Below the pieces are notes generated by a model. It ran no database searches. It was not told where the DNA came from and was given only the letters and a program-made list of their open reading frames with translations. A stretch of 64,000 nt of DNA, from NCBI RefSeq assembly GCF_009914755.1, contig NC_060925.1; one strand, 5' to 3'. Position numbers and translations under genes: made by a program. This DNA comes from the human T2T-CHM13v2.0 reference genome, Homo sapiens. Of the stretch, positions 1 through 15,517 are shown piece after piece (the stretch's first letter is position 1; the number at the start of each line of letters is the position of its first letter).

Positions 1-133
1 CAAGCCTTGCTAATTTTTTTTTTTTTTCTGTGTTTTTAGTAGAGACGTGGTTTCACCATATTGGTCAGGCTAGTCTTAAACTCCTGACCTCGTGATCTGC
101 CTGCCTCAACAGGCATGAGCCACCGCACCCGGC
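1..133 (-). mobile_element. Alu left arm (cut off by window edge) with a small internal deletion
   Basis: Contains tttttagtagagacg...ctcctgacctcgtgatctgcctgcctca|acaggcatgagccaccgcacccggc; the ctcccaaagtgctgggatt segment is missing. Confidence 0.9.
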
Positions 134-902
134 GACCTTTTCTACTATATCAGGTGATGTTCCAGGCTGTAGCACATTGATATAATCTTATTTTCTCAGA
201 GATTCAGAAGATTCATATTAATAATAGTAAAAAGAGGAACATTAAGAAACATATTCAGAATTTGTTGGATGTTTATTTTCAATATTAATACACATTATTC
301 ACTAAGTATCAAAGTACTACATATTTACTAGTCACATATAAATCTCACTCTAACCATAATATCAAATCAAACTAGTTAGAAACAAGCAGGTATGAGCAAA
401 AGAAGTGTTATGATTTAAATTATCATTAAAAAGATAGTTAATATGCATATTGGATAAATATCCACGTTAAAACAATTTTAAGAGTGAGGCAAATCGAGTT
501 TTAAAATTTTTACAAGCCATTATTTTATTACACAGGAATCTTATTCCTGCACCAAGGAAAAAGGAAGCTCAATTAGCTCATTCAGAACTTTTCTTCCTTA
601 AGTTCATGTGACATTACTTCAATTATATCGTGAATTTAAAGGAGGACATCTCAAAATATTATTCATAGTTAACAAATTCCAGGTCATTGGCATTATTATA
701 TGGCTCTGTGTTCAATACAGGTTATTCTATTGATTTAATTTGCTTAAATGTTTTCACTCATTCAAAATAATGACAAATTGAAATTAAATATATCTTATTT
801 GAAAAGAGTTGACATATTTCCACTAAGGATTCTTCTTTTCCAGGAACAGGAATAAGGACAACTTGACACTTTGATCTTCTTTACCAATAACTGATCTGTT
901 AA

Positions 903-1040
903 AAATAACTTGGGTACTATGCTTACTACGTGGGTGACAAAATAACCTGTACAACAAACCCCCATGACATGAATTTACCTATATGACAAACCTGCACATG
1001 TACCCCGAACCTAAAATAAAAGTTTAAAAAACAAATAAAT
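903..1040 (+). mobile_element. L1 3'-terminal fragment (L1PA/L1PB-type 3' UTR) with A-rich tail
   Basis: gggtactatgcttactacgtgggtgacaaaataacctgtacaacaaacccccatgac...cctaaaataaaagtt is the typical L1 3' end. Confidence 0.85.
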
Positions 1041-1347
<307 letters not shown>

Positions 1348-1432
1348 TCACTTCTTACGTAAGTTTTGGTAATTTATTTTTCTTAGAAAAATTGCTTTTG
1401 AATCCGTTTTTTCATTTATAAGAATAATTTGT

Positions 1433-1740
<308 letters not shown>

Positions 1741-1769
1741 TCAATTTCCTCCCTTTTTTGCTCATTTGT

Positions 1770-2150
1770 TTTTTCAATGAAAATCTACTGAGGGCATAGC
1801 AAGTTTCTAGGTACTGTTCCAATATTTAGTATATATTGGTGAATAAAATGGATGAAGTTTCTTCTATTTTGGGTCTTCAATGTTAGTGAGGAAAGACATG
1901 GGAAAAAGCAGCAAAGTGATTTCAGGTAGAGTAAGTGCCATAAAGGTAATATAGCAGTGTGATAGGAGAGAGAATAAATGGTAGAAGGAATTTTTTTAGA
2001 GTGGTCAGAAAAGGATATTTTGAAAAATTGACATTTAAGCTGAGACCTGAAAGATGAGGAGGAACCAGCAACACAGATGTGGGAAGATCTAGGAAAATAA
2101 TATCTCCGGAAGAAAGAAAATACCAAAAGCTCTGAAAAGAAAATGAGGTT
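1770..2150 (-). mobile_element. L2 3' fragment
   Basis: Degenerate match to the reverse-complement L2 3' end (ctactgagggc...gtactgttcc...tgacatttaagctgagacctgaaagatgag). Confidence 0.6.
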
Positions 2151-2429
2151 AAATTATATTTATTTCTATATTTTCTTTGCTAATTCACTGTATTTGTGGT
2201 TTGCCTCTTTTTTCTCATTGCTTGTGGTTTAATTTTTATTCCTAAGTCAGAGAATTAGCATTGAATTTGTTTCTTCATTCTACTACTTGTTTTCTTTTTC
2301 TTTTTTTATTTTAAGGCGTTATTAAAATATGATTGACAAATTGCACTTGTTTAAAATGTACAATCGGATACATTTTTTACCTATTTATACCCCCATGAAA
2401 TCATCATCTTCTGTTACTATGAAGATACC

Positions 2430-2912
2430 CTTTGTGCTCTTTTCCTAAGCAGTCCCTCCACTTGGTGCAATCAATGCCATCCACTCTTGCCTACTCCAGG
2501 ATGTGTTCTTGCAATCATTCCTCCTCTTTATCCTCTGGAATCAGTTTCTTGTTTCTATATTCTCCTCCTCTTGCAGCCCCAAACTTTCCAAAGAAGTTCT
2601 CTATTCTCATTATCTCTGATTTCTCACCTGCCTTTCTCTCTTGAATCCAATCTAATTAAGCCCCCTTTCCCATCACCCCACCAAAATGGCTCTTGTCAAA
2701 ATTACTGATGACTTCCATGTTACCAGACTGGATGGCCAATTCTTGAGATTCAACTCTCAGCAGCTTTTATTATATATAAATTTCTTTATTTGTTAGTTGT
2801 TACAACCCATAGAATGTAAGGTCTTTGTTTTGTTCACTGCTATATTCCTAAAATCTATCATAGTTTGTAGCACATAGTAAGGGCAAGTTAACTATTTGCT
2901 GAATGAATGTTA
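2430..2912 (+). mobile_element. L2 fragments including 3' tail
   Basis: Pyrimidine-rich L2 body; ends with gtctttgttttgttcactgc...cacatagtaa...tttgctgaatgaatg. Confidence 0.6.
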
Positions 2913-3143
2913 ATTGAATCTCCTTCATGTGTAGTTTTCTAGTGTATAATCTTCTCTATAATATTTTATGTTCCCTTTCTCCACTGGGAAGGGGAGGCAT
3001 GTCAATATCATTTCATAGGTCACATGAGTTTTTTTTCCTAGTTACTAATATTCTTAAAAAGATAGGATCTTTAGGGCATATACTGAGTGGGGTGAGTCAA
3101 GGAGAGTGCTTCAGTATTGTTGACTCTAATCATCTCAGTAATT

Positions 3144-3440
3144 TTTCGTTTGTTTGTTTGAGACAGAGTCTGACTCTGTCGCCCAGGCTGGAGTGCAGTG
3201 GTGCTATTTCTGCTCACTGCAACCCCTGTCTCCTGGTTCAAGTGATTCTCTTGCCTCCACCTCCCAAGTAGCTGGCATTATAGATGTGGACCACCATCCC
3301 CGGCTAATTTTTGTATTTTTAGTAGAGATGGGGTTTCACCTTTTTGGCTAGGCTGGTCTCGAACTCCTGGACTCAAGCATTCCACCCACCTCAGCCTCCC
3401 AAAGTGCTGGGATTACAGGCATGAGCCACTGTGCCCAGCC
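3144..3440 (-). mobile_element. Alu (S/J) with TSD
   Basis: Reverse-strand Alu; TSD taatcatctcagtaatt at 3127-3143 and 3441-3457. Confidence 0.95.
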
Positions 3441-3719
3441 TAATCATCTCAGTAATTGGACTCTAGGCTAACAGGAAGTCTTTCTAAGTCATTAAGTATT
3501 GTACAGTATGTTTCCTCATGGAAATTTGTATAACAGCTATTTCAAAGCTGTCTGCTCTTCACTTTTTCTCCTTCACTCTAATGTACTCAAGCCTGATTTT
3601 TGCAAAGAAGGCATGACATTGCTTTTTGTTACATTTGTTACTGCTAAGTCCTTCTTCCCTTGACACTCCAAAGTCTCAAATGGGCTATCGATACTCCCTA
3701 CTCCCAATCTATTCTATTT

Positions 3720-3880
3720 ATTTACCTGAAATATTATATTTTTTGTTTACTTGCTATTTTATGTATCCCCCAACTAGAACACAAGCATCATGAGGAGCTC
3801 TGTTTATTTTATTCGTTGCTGAATTCTTTGTGGCTAGAAAAGTGCCAGGCATGTTATTGGCTCAGTAAATGAATGTATGA
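3720..3880 (+). mobile_element. L2 3' tail fragment
   Basis: actagaacacaagcatcatgagg...gtgccaggcatg...ctcagtaaatgaatg. Confidence 0.6.
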
Positions 3881-5700
3881 ATCTACTTAAATATCAGGTG
3901 TTATATGTGCCTCAGTAAGGGATATGAAAAGGCCACAGGTGCGATCCATCCAAAATTACTTTCTCTCAGCAAAAATTCCATCTTGGCATCCAGAGGTTTA
4001 TTGGGGTTTGTTACACATGCATTCTATTCAATACTGTTCATTGAAAAGAAAGATTCAGTTAGCCTTTCTACCTTCTTTATTATCTATGAGATTTGTTATA
4101 ATTCCACCATGGGGGGAACATGGGTGATTTTTAACGTAATTTGTTACCCATTGTTTTGTTTTCAAAATAATGTTTTATTTCTAGATTTAAAAGGTGTAAA
4201 TAGGTTGGAGTTTAATAAGAGGAACAATGTATATTTCTTAATGGGGGGAAGAAGAAGACAAAGATACAGGTATGTTTGTGTATTTCATGGTGTGAAAATG
4301 AGAGTATTCTTTACTGTTGCCTGCCATTTTCTTAGTGAATTAAAAAGTAAATTATCACCTGGATGTGGAACATCATGGAAAAGAATATGACATATTTTAG
4401 AAGAACAATGGCATGATACAGTAATCTAATGAAAACCTTAGGACGCGTTGGAAATGCTGAATACAGTTTAAGGTTTCTAAACATTAATATGTAGTGAAAA
4501 CAATCAACCCAGATGTGTGGATTTTTTTTCCAGCAATTTTCAGCTGCTAAAGTCCACATACGTAGAAAGAGTAGATGATTGAATTCATCCAGGGTTGGAG
4601 CATATGTATGCTAGAGAGAAATTGAGACAACGAATACAAGCAAATTTGCAAGAGTGATTATGATGTACTACACCATCAAAACTGAGAAAGAAGAGTGTGT
4701 AGAAGGGACTAATGGATGGTGAGTAAAGTGCTGGAATCAATCTAAAGGTCTTATTTAGATTAAAAAAATTCTGAGGTGGAAAGTGTTTTAATAAATGAAC
4801 TGGAAGTTTAAGAGGTAGTAGATGTAGGATGTTTCAGATCACAAGAGGTAAAGAGTCAAGAAACTTTAAGGTCAGAATATTCAATGGATTATTAAGTGAA
4901 TGGTGATAGCATAAAGATATTTCTTTGTCTGTACACAACCTGTCAAATCTTGCATGTTCTGGCCCCATCTCTCACTCAAGATTTATCTTAAGCTGCCTCA
5001 CTCTTGCTCCATAAGCTTTAGCCACATCAGTCTATTCTCAGTTATTTCCCTCCTAAGCGCCTTCTCACAAGATGCTAGTTGTATTGTACAGGTTTCTATC
5101 TTAGAGGCCCTTTATGACCTGCCTCTCTTCCCCACATCTTACCTGTCACATCTCTTCTCTCTGTGTTTCTTAATTTATGCTGTATCAAAAGCAAACTCGC
5201 ACACCCCACACACACTATTTTCTATTCAATATTTTCTATTCAATTACATATCACTTCTTACTGTTATAATTATATATTTTGCTTCATATAGATATTTGTG
5301 ATATTTATCCTATTTTGTTGTTGACTGCGTATTGTTAGTTTTACAGCTGAAATTATTAAAGGATCAGTGAAATTCTTATGGTGGTAAGAATTAACTCACT
5401 ATTTTATAAGCTAGTTTCATGAGTTATGAGTAGATGTTTAACTGTTACTTTATTTTTATGTGAGATGCTGAATTCTGTTGTTGGTTTCCTGATAAATATT
5501 TCTTTTTTATTTTTCAGATTATCATATCTTCCTTTACATTAATTTATCAGATTTAGCCTCTTCTTCTGCTGGTAGTATTAATCTCAAGGACAAAGTCAAA
5601 AGTATTTATAAGGATTCAAAGAGGTGCTCATAGAGCTATTGAGAAATTTTTTTTTAATTTCTTCCTAGCATTTAGAAATATTCTACTTTAAAAGGTAAGA

Positions 5701-8648
5701 TAAATAAAAGAAGAGATGAAAAAGGAGACATTACAACCAATACCACAAAAATTCAAAAGATCATTAGAAGGTATTATGAGCAACTGTATGCAAATGAATT
5801 GGAAAACCTGAAAGAAATGGATAAGTTCCTAGACATATATACCTACTGAGATTGAATCATGAAGAGATAGACCACCTAAATAGGCCAATAACAAGTAATA
5901 AGATAGACACAGTAATAAAAAGTGTTCCATCAAAGAAAATCCCAGAACCTTATGGCTTTCCTGCTAAATTCCACTAAACACTTCAAGAAGAACTAATATC
6001 AATCCTACTCAAACTATTTCAAAAAATTACAGAGAAGAAAATACATCCAAATTCATTTTATAAGGCCAGCATTACCCAGATATCAAAAACAGACAAAGAT
6101 ACACAACAATGAAAAAACAAAACCAAATGCCAATATCTCTGATGAACATAGATGGGAAAACTGTCAATAAAATACTCGCAAACTGAATTCAACAACACAT
6201 TATAGATTATTCATCATAATCAAGTGGGATTCATTCCAGAAAAGCAAGGATGGTTCAATATGTGCAAATCAGTAAATGTAATACATCACATCAACAGAAT
6301 GAAGGAAAAAATGATTTCAATAGACACCAAAAAAGTATTCAATAAAATTTAACATTCTTTCATGATAAAAAAATAAAACTCTCAACAAAGTGGGTATAGA
6401 AGGCAAATACCTCAACACAAAAAAGGCTGTATGTGACAAACCTGTAACTAGTATTATACTGAATGGGGAAACACTGAAAGCCTTTCCACTAAGGTGTGGA
6501 ACAAGACAAAGATTTCCACTTTTACCACTTTTATTCAACATTGTAATGTAAGTCTTAGAGCAATTAGGCAAGAAAAAGAAATGGCAGTTAAATAGAAAGA
6601 AAGAAATCGACTTATTCTTACTTGGATATTATCTTATAGTTAAAAAAGCCTAAAACCTTCACTAAAAAACTATTTGAACTAATAAACAAATGCAGTAAAG
6701 TTACAGGATAGAAAATCAATTCACAAAAAATCAGTAGCATTTCTATATGCCAACAGCAAACAAGCTAAAAAAAGAGAGAAAGCAATTCTATTTACCATAG
6801 CTACAAAAAAACCCATAGAAATCTACTTAAAGAAGTGAAAGGTCTTTACAATGAAAACTATAAAACTCTGATTCAAGAAATTGAAAAAGACATAAACATA
6901 TGAAAACATATTCCATGTTCATGCATTAGAAGAATCAATATTGTTAAAATATCCATACTACACAAAGCAATCTACAGATTCAGTGCCATTCCTATCAAAA
7001 TATCAATGATATACTTCACAGAAATAGGAAATACAATCCTACAATTTATATGAAATCACAAAAGGCCCAGAATAGACAAAGCTATCCTGAGCAAAAAGAA
7101 CAAAGCTGGAGGCATCCCATTAGTTGGCTTCAAATTATATTTCAGAGCTATAGTAACCAAAACAGCATAGTATTGGCATAAAATCAGACATGTAGGCCAA
7201 TGGAACAGAATAGAGAACCCAGAAATAAATCCTTGCATTTACAGTCAATTCATTTTCAAAAAAAGGTGCGAAGAACATACGTCGTGGAAAAGACAGTCTT
7301 TTCAGCAAATGATGCTAGAAAAACTGGATATCCATATGCAAAAGAATGAAACTAGATCCCTATCTCTCCACATATACAAAAATCAAATCAAAATAGATTA
7401 AAGACTTAAATCTAAGACCTGAAGCCGTAAAACTACTAGAAGAAAGCGTTGAGGAAATTAATTGAGGCAAAGATTTCTTGAGTAAGAGCTCAAAAGCACA
7501 GGCAATGAAAGCAGAAGTGGACAAATGGGATCATATACAGCTAAAAAACTACACAGCAAAGGAAACAGTCAACAAAATGAAGAGACAACCCACGGAATGG
7601 GAGAAAATATTTGTAAACTATTCCAATGACAAAAGATTAATAACCAGAATATATAAGGATCTCTAATAACTCAATAGCAAGAACCAAATAACTGGATTTA
7701 AAAATGGGCAAGAGATCTGAATAGTCACTTCTCAAGGGAAGACATATGAATGGTCAACAGATATCTGAAAAAATGCTCAACATCACTAATTATCATGGAA
7801 ATGCAATCAAAACCACAATGAGTTACCCCAGTTAAAATGGCTTTCATTGAAAAGACAAAAAACAATGAATGCTGGCGAGGATGCAGAGAAAGGAATGCTG
7901 ATACACTGTTGGTGAGAATGTAAGTTAGTACAGCCACTATGGAAATCAGTATGGAGTTTCAGCATGGAAAAAAATAAAAAACAGAACTACCATATGATCC
8001 AGCAATCCCACTGCTGGGTATATATTCAAAAGAAAGAAAATCAGTATATCAAACAGATACCTGCACTCCTATGTTTATTGCAGCACTATTCACAATAGCC
8101 AAGATAAAGAATCAACATAAGTGCCCATCAACAGATGAATGGATGAAGAAAATATGGCACACATACACAATAGAATATTATTCATCCATAAAAATGAATG
8201 ACATCCTGTCACTTGCAACAACATGGATGGTAATGGAGGTCATTGTGTTAAATAAACCAGGGACAGGAAGAAAAATATTGCATGTTGTTGCTCATATATG
8301 GAAGTTAAAAAAGTGATCTAATGGAGGTAGAGAGTAGTCACTGGAGGCTGGGAAGGGTATTGGGGAGGGATGATAAAGAGAGATTGGTTCATGGCTACAA
8401 AAATACTGTTAGATAGAAGGAATAAGATACTGAGTTCAGTAGCACAATAGTGAAAATATCGTATATTTAAAAATAACTAGAGAAGTGGATTTGGAATATT
8501 CCCAACACAAAGAAATGATAAATGTTTGAGGTGATGGATATACCAATTACCCTGCTTTGATAATTATACATTGTGTTCTTGTATCAAAATATGACATGTA
8601 CACTATAAATATGTACAACTATTATGTATCTATAAAAATCAAACATTT
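5701..8648 (+). mobile_element. 5'-truncated L1 (L1MA-type): decayed ORF2 plus 3' UTR
   Basis: ORF2 remnants (e.g. MFIAALFTIAK..QHKCPSTDEWMKKIW) and an L1MA-type 3' UTR; TSD tttaaaaggtaaga flanks both ends (~5687-5700 and ~8648-8661). Confidence 0.93.
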
Positions 8649-8992
8649 TTAAAAGGTAAGAAATAGTTCTCATTAAAAATATCACTGAGATTATTTTTCC
8701 ATTATAAATTATGTTTCAAAGAACCCAACACAATAAGAACATTCAAAACTCATTTGCAACTTCTGTGGAGGTTTTATCTCTAACCCTCTCTCATTTATTT
8801 TATCATACTTTTCTAGCTTTAAAACATATTTCCTTTAGATGTCCTGGGATAAAAAAGACAGAGGTCATGTACCCGTTTTGCTTTATATTTAATAAATCTA
8901 AATAGAATCAACTGCTAATCATTTCCTTTTACACCTAATGCTTTTATATATACAAAATTATTGGATCAAGGCAAAGGATTCTATAAGGTAGG

Positions 8993-9630
8993 GAGTGATT
9001 CCCTAAGTTGGGCTGTGTATCAGTGTCACTTCTTCAGACATACAGATGCCTGGTATAAAAGTTGGTCACATGAATTGGGTCATTTTTATCATATCCAACT
9101 AAAACAGTCAATTGGCCAGGGGGAAAAAGCATTCAGAACACATAACATTGATCAAAGAATGCAATTCTATGCAAGCCTGGTTGCTGAAACTGCCTTCTGT
9201 AACCTGAAATTGGTTTTTCTAATTACTGAAACAACCTGCTGTGACTCTAAGACTAGTTTTACCCAAGGCTGTCACTCACCAATCAGAAGTTGCCAGCTCC
9301 CCCAAACTTTACTAGTGCCAATAAACTTTCCTACAAAATAATATGCAACATTTCTCGTTTTTGTTTTTGTTTTTTTATAAAACCTCTAACCTCTTTGTTT
9401 TACAGACATACCATGGACCACCCAGTCTGTGTGTATGCCCCAAATTATAAGTCTTGCTTCCCAAATAAAACATTTTAAATTTAGAGATTCATCTCTAGTT
9501 TTATTTGACTTTGACACTAGTCATAGATCCAGATCACCTGAGTTAGATTTTCCAGTGGTGAAAAATAAAAACTCATGATGTGTCACAGGTGACTCACATA
9601 TAGCCAAGTGTGAGAGCCACTGTTTTAGAC
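8993..9630. mobile_element. MER5-like hAT MITE split by an LTR insertion
   Basis: Two halves: gagtgattccctaagttgggctg...gtcact and caggtgactcacatatagccaagtgtgagagccactg. Confidence 0.45.
9054..9516 (+). mobile_element. ERV1 solo LTR (MER93-like; subfamily uncertain)
   Basis: Ends in ...tttgactttgaca; AATAAA at ~9464; CCAAT box; near-TSD ctgg/ctag. Confidence 0.7.
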
Positions 9631-10836
9631 ATGAGTATATGCACAGAATGAGTAGCTGCTTACATGTAATGAGTATATAATGAATAGCTGTTTAAATGAG
9701 TAGAATGTTTTAATGTCTTCTATTAAAGTCTGAAATATTCTGATAGATTTACCAGAGGTCTACCTACTCTAATTTCTGGATACAAGATGCTGAATTACAA
9801 TAAATCAGTATTTATGATGTCACTGTAATTGAGTTTGAAATCTAATTAACTTTACATTTTTACATTTTGCCAAATATTGCCAAGTCTATTTTTAACATTA
9901 AATGCTCCTGGCTCAGTGATATGGAGAAAAATAACATCTTAAATCATTCAGTAAAACCTAATTATAATTTTAATAAATACATTGTCACTTTTATCAAAGT
10001 AGGTTATTCACTAAAATTTTAACCTTTATTAGTTTGCTTAGAATCTTAATGAAATAATAAATCAAATGTAGTATTTTACATCTTAAAATTTTTAGTATTT
10101 AAAAAATCTTGGAAGCAATTAATATAAGAAATTTTTATATGTTGACACCAATGGTTTATAATTATTGGATTTTATTTTTCTTGACATGATTATAATAAAA
10201 GAAACTTAGTAGTAGTGATCTTCATTGTTGTAGTTGCGGATTTGTTAAAACTCCTTTCTGGTAGGTAAAATAAATCAGCCCATTTTAGCTTTAGGAAAAT
10301 TCAATGTATATGTATGTGAAGGGTGTTTTATAAGGATATAGGAGTCTCACAGACCCCACTGACAGTACTATAGCTGCCTTCAGATGGGCAGTGGAGCCAG
10401 GCCCTGGAAGGCAGTCAGGGTCTTCTCTGCATCTTTCTTCTTTTTTCTCTTTGGGTGCCTGCTTACATTTTTGTTGCTTGTTGTTGTTGGTTTTTTTTTT
10501 TTTTTTTTTTTTTGTCGTTCTTTGGACTGTTCTGCTACATTGTCTGTATACAGCAGGAGACATGATAACCAATTGTTTCCAGGTGTTGCATTTCTATTCA
10601 GGAGATACATCCAGACAGAAGCTAGAATCTCTTAGACATAGCCAAATTCCAGGAATTTAACTCTAGTACTGGTCAGTGAAGGGCCAAGCAACCCTGAAGT
10701 CAGTTTCTATGGCTAGAGTCATAAGGTCATCATGAAAAAAAATTTCAGCCAGAATCCAGTCTGGTAACCTTGTAGATTGCCTAAGTCAGTTTCCAAGGAA
10801 GAAGATTACTGGCAGAAAGTTTAGTAGATGTCCACT

Positions 10837-11224
10837 TGTATTAGTCTGTTCTCACACTGCTATAAAGAACTACCTGAGACTGCATAATTTATGAAGAAAA
10901 GAAGTTTAAATGACTCTTAGTTCTGCAGGCTTAACTGGAAGCATGACTGGGAGGCCTCAGGAAGCTTACAATCATGGTGGAGGGTGAAGGGGAAGCAAGC
11001 ACATTCTCACATGATGGAGCATGAGAAAGAGAGCAGGAGCAAGGGGGGAAGTGCCACACACTTTTAAAACCACCAGATCTCATGAGAGCTCACTCTCTAT
11101 CATGAGAACAGCATGAGGGAAATCTGCCCCAATGATCCAGACATCTCCCACCAGGTCCCTCCTCCAACACTGGGAATTACAATTCAACATGAGATTTGGG
11201 TGGGGACACAACCAAATTATATCA
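10837..11224 (-). mobile_element. MaLR solo LTR (MSTA-like)
   Basis: tgtattagtctgttctcacactgctataaagaactacctgagact...tatatca; 5-bp TSD ccact. Confidence 0.93.
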
Positions 11225-13035
11225 CCACTTCCAAGCCTAACTGAACGCATGTGGCTAAAGGGTAACTTTTCTTAATGTTTTGGGTATACTTCATTATTTA
11301 ATGTACACATTGATGCTGGATTAATATTTAGGGGTAGAACTTCAACAATGTTATTTTTGGAACTTTTAATAAATTGAAGATTTCTCTACTTAAATCTCTT
11401 GAACTATCTAGAGAATAAATTTCAGAACTGTATCCTTATTTAATAATTACTAAAATCTGGCTCTAGCCTTCCAATCAAGTACTATTTTGCACTCCTCCTT
11501 GTTTCTTCAGCCAAACTGGAGAACTCCTTAATCACAACCCACTCTCCATGCTTTAGCTATCTGTTTAGTTCACTCAAAGGGTCTTCCCACTCATATACTA
11601 ATATGCCCAAATCTTATACATTTTTCACAGTTGAAATGTCAACCCCTACAATGACCAACTCCTCACACCAAAAGGTGGCATTATTCTATCATTAAACAGT
11701 AACTTTCCTACTGTGTACCTTCACGGCTGCACTAAGGAAACAGTACTGAAGATGATATGCTCCTTTCCTCAAGAGGCAAGTGTTAGCCCTATGAGTATGG
11801 GTTCAAGAAAAGGAGCAGCACATGCAAAGCCCTGGGGGTCAGAAGAAGCAAGCATAGCAAGATAAAATGTATGAACCAGGCTACAGAGTAGGTCAGACAT
11901 GTAAGCAGAAACTATTAATACATAAGTCATTTTAGATAGCCTCTACTTTGTCATGAAGACAATGGTATAATCAGTCATAGAATACTTTGATGCAGGAAAG
12001 TAAAATGTGCCCTTGCAATGGTTTCCAAGCTATCTACACAAACTAACAATCATGCATATTCTGCAAATTATAGCTTGATCATCACTTTAAAATACTTAAT
12101 ATGAAAATACTTAATATGCATTATCACAATAACCATATTTATTATTGCAAGAAAAAGGAGAGCTGATAGATTAAGTGTGATTTCAAGTGCTATGACTTGT
12201 CAATAGCTTAAAACAGTCTAAATTTTGCAAAAAGAGTGTTTCATTGACAGTGACCATCAAGAATATAAGATCTTCATTGAAGGCTCTTGATCAGGAATTA
12301 TATGGAGCATTTTAAGCACAAAACTCTATATGAAAAGTCACATAGAACTTCCAATTTCTAGTTCTACATATAAGGAGATGGGAAGTTACCACTTTGTCCT
12401 AATAACAAGTAAAACATATCTTAATAAATCTAAAAGAATATAAATCATATAATGTCTGCTCTCAGACTGCAGTGGAATTAAACTGCCAATCAGTAACAGA
12501 AAGATAGCTAGGAAATCCCAAAATCACGGGAGATTAAACAACACACCTCTAAGTAACACAGCAAAGACAAAAATAAAAGAGCAAAAAAAAAAAAAAAAAG
12601 ACATCTCAAGGGAAATTTTAAAATATTTTGAACTAAATGAAAATGAGAGCATGACTTACCAAAAACAAGCCAAAGGCCTTACCAAATGCTTTACCAGAGA
12701 ATAAATACAGATGGCAAATAAGCATGTGAAAAGATGCTCCACATCATATGTCCTTAGGAAAATGCAAAATCACACAAGGAGTTGTCATTGCACACCTATG
12801 AGAATGGCCGAAATCCCGAACACTGATAACACCAAATGCTGACGACGATGTGGAGCAACAGAAACTCTCATTTATTGTTGATGGGAATGAAAAGTGGTAC
12901 AGCCACTTTGGAATATAGTTTGGCAATCTCTTGCAAAACCAAACAATCCAGCAATTGTGTTCATTCGTATTTACCCAAAGGAGTGAAAACTTATATCCAC
13001 ACAAAAACTTGCATACAAATGTTTATAGCAGCAGC

Positions 13036-13837
<802 letters not shown>

Positions 13838-15517
13838 AGCAGCTTTATTCATAATCATCAAAACTTGGAAGCAACTAAAATGTTTTTCAGTAGGTGAATG
13901 GATAAACTTTGGGACATCCAGACAATGAAATATTATTCAGTGCTTAAGAAATGCGCAGCGTGGTAAATGGATTCAAATCTTTGAAATGAAGGTTTTTTTT
14001 TTCTATCAACTAATGAGCAAAAATGTTGCTTTTCAACCATTTCTGATTTTCACAAACTTCACATGTTCCTTATGCATTAATTCAAGAATGGTTAAAAAAA
14101 AAAAAGAAAGAAAAAGAAAAAAAGGAAGGAAGGGAGAAATGAGTTACCAAGCCATGAAAAGACATTGAGGAAACTTCATTAATTTAAAGACGCCAATTTG
14201 AAAAGGCTACATGCTTATGATTCCAAGTATATGACATTTTGGAAAAGGCAAAACTATGGAGACAGCAAAAGGGTCAGATGTTGTTCGGAATCAGGAGGTA
14301 GAATGAATAGGCAGAGCACAGAGGATTTTTAGGGCAGTGAAACTACTCAATGTGATAGTACTATAACGAAGGGCTTGGGTTTACTATCTGGTTTGCATGG
14401 TTTTGTTGGATCATTAGCTGTTGTCATGTAGATAAGAGGCTCACATGTCATTACACATTTGTCCAAATCCATAGACTGTACAACACCAAGAATCAACCCT
14501 AATATAAACTGTGGACTTTGAGTAATAATGATACGTCCATGTAGGTTCATTGATTGGAACTAATGTACCACTCTGGTGGAGAATGTTGATAATAAGGAAG
14601 GCTATGGATGTATAGGGGCAGGGAATACATGGAAACTCTCTGTAACTTCTGCTCAATTTTGCTGTGTACCTAAAACTACTCTAAAAAGTAAAGCTTATTT
14701 TCCTTTTGCTACGCAAAGAAAAAGTTATATAAAACTCTACATAAGTGATAACACTGATGCTTCTCATTTAAAATTTTAAAAATCTTTGGAAATTTTATAT
14801 AATTCAATATATGAGGCCTTTCCTAATTCATGTTTTTTAAAAATAATGGCTATATGATATTTTTAACATAATGAATTCTTTTCATCAAGCCTCAAATAGG
14901 GGCGCCAAAATACTTCCCATTTATCCCAGGATGACATAGACATATCACTGTTTTCTATTTGTGCTCAGATTGAAAACAGTTGAAGTATTTGGGGGAAGAA
15001 AGAAATCCAGACCCAAAGGAATACACCATTTCATAAATACAGAATTAACTGATTTTGTTAACTGAATAAAGCAAATATGATTCAAGTAGAAATGCATGTA
15101 GGTAGCCAGCAAATGGCTACAGATCTACAGAGTATCGTCTGTTTTTTTAATATAAAATTTGAGTTATTTTAATGAACTGAACTCTCACTCATACATAAAA
15201 TGCCTTTCTCAGGATTCGGAACTCTGGGTTTTTACACTCTCTTTCTCCTTGCTAATTCAAATGCAAGAAAGGTACATTCCTCCGACATCTTGCAGAACTC
15301 CTTAGGGCATCGGAATCACAGCAGGTCAAATGGCAAATGCAGAAGCCAGAGGCAGAAGGAAGATGGGTGTGTTCAGTGGCCTGTCAGAAGGCAGGTGGCT
15401 GATTGTCTCAGGGATTAGCAGGGAGTGAAATGAGCCCACGGAGGTGGTAGGGGCCAGTAATAAGGGTTCTTGAATGTCACCTTAAGAATTCTGAAAGTGA
15501 TGAGAAGGGCTTCAAAG

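Noticed and set aside
535-640. Possible short coding exon after ttttattacacag
   Set aside because: The frames close quickly on both strands and there is no recognisable homology.
3905-4390. 161-aa ORF
   Set aside because: AT-rich, partly overlapping L2-like sequence, and no protein-like features.
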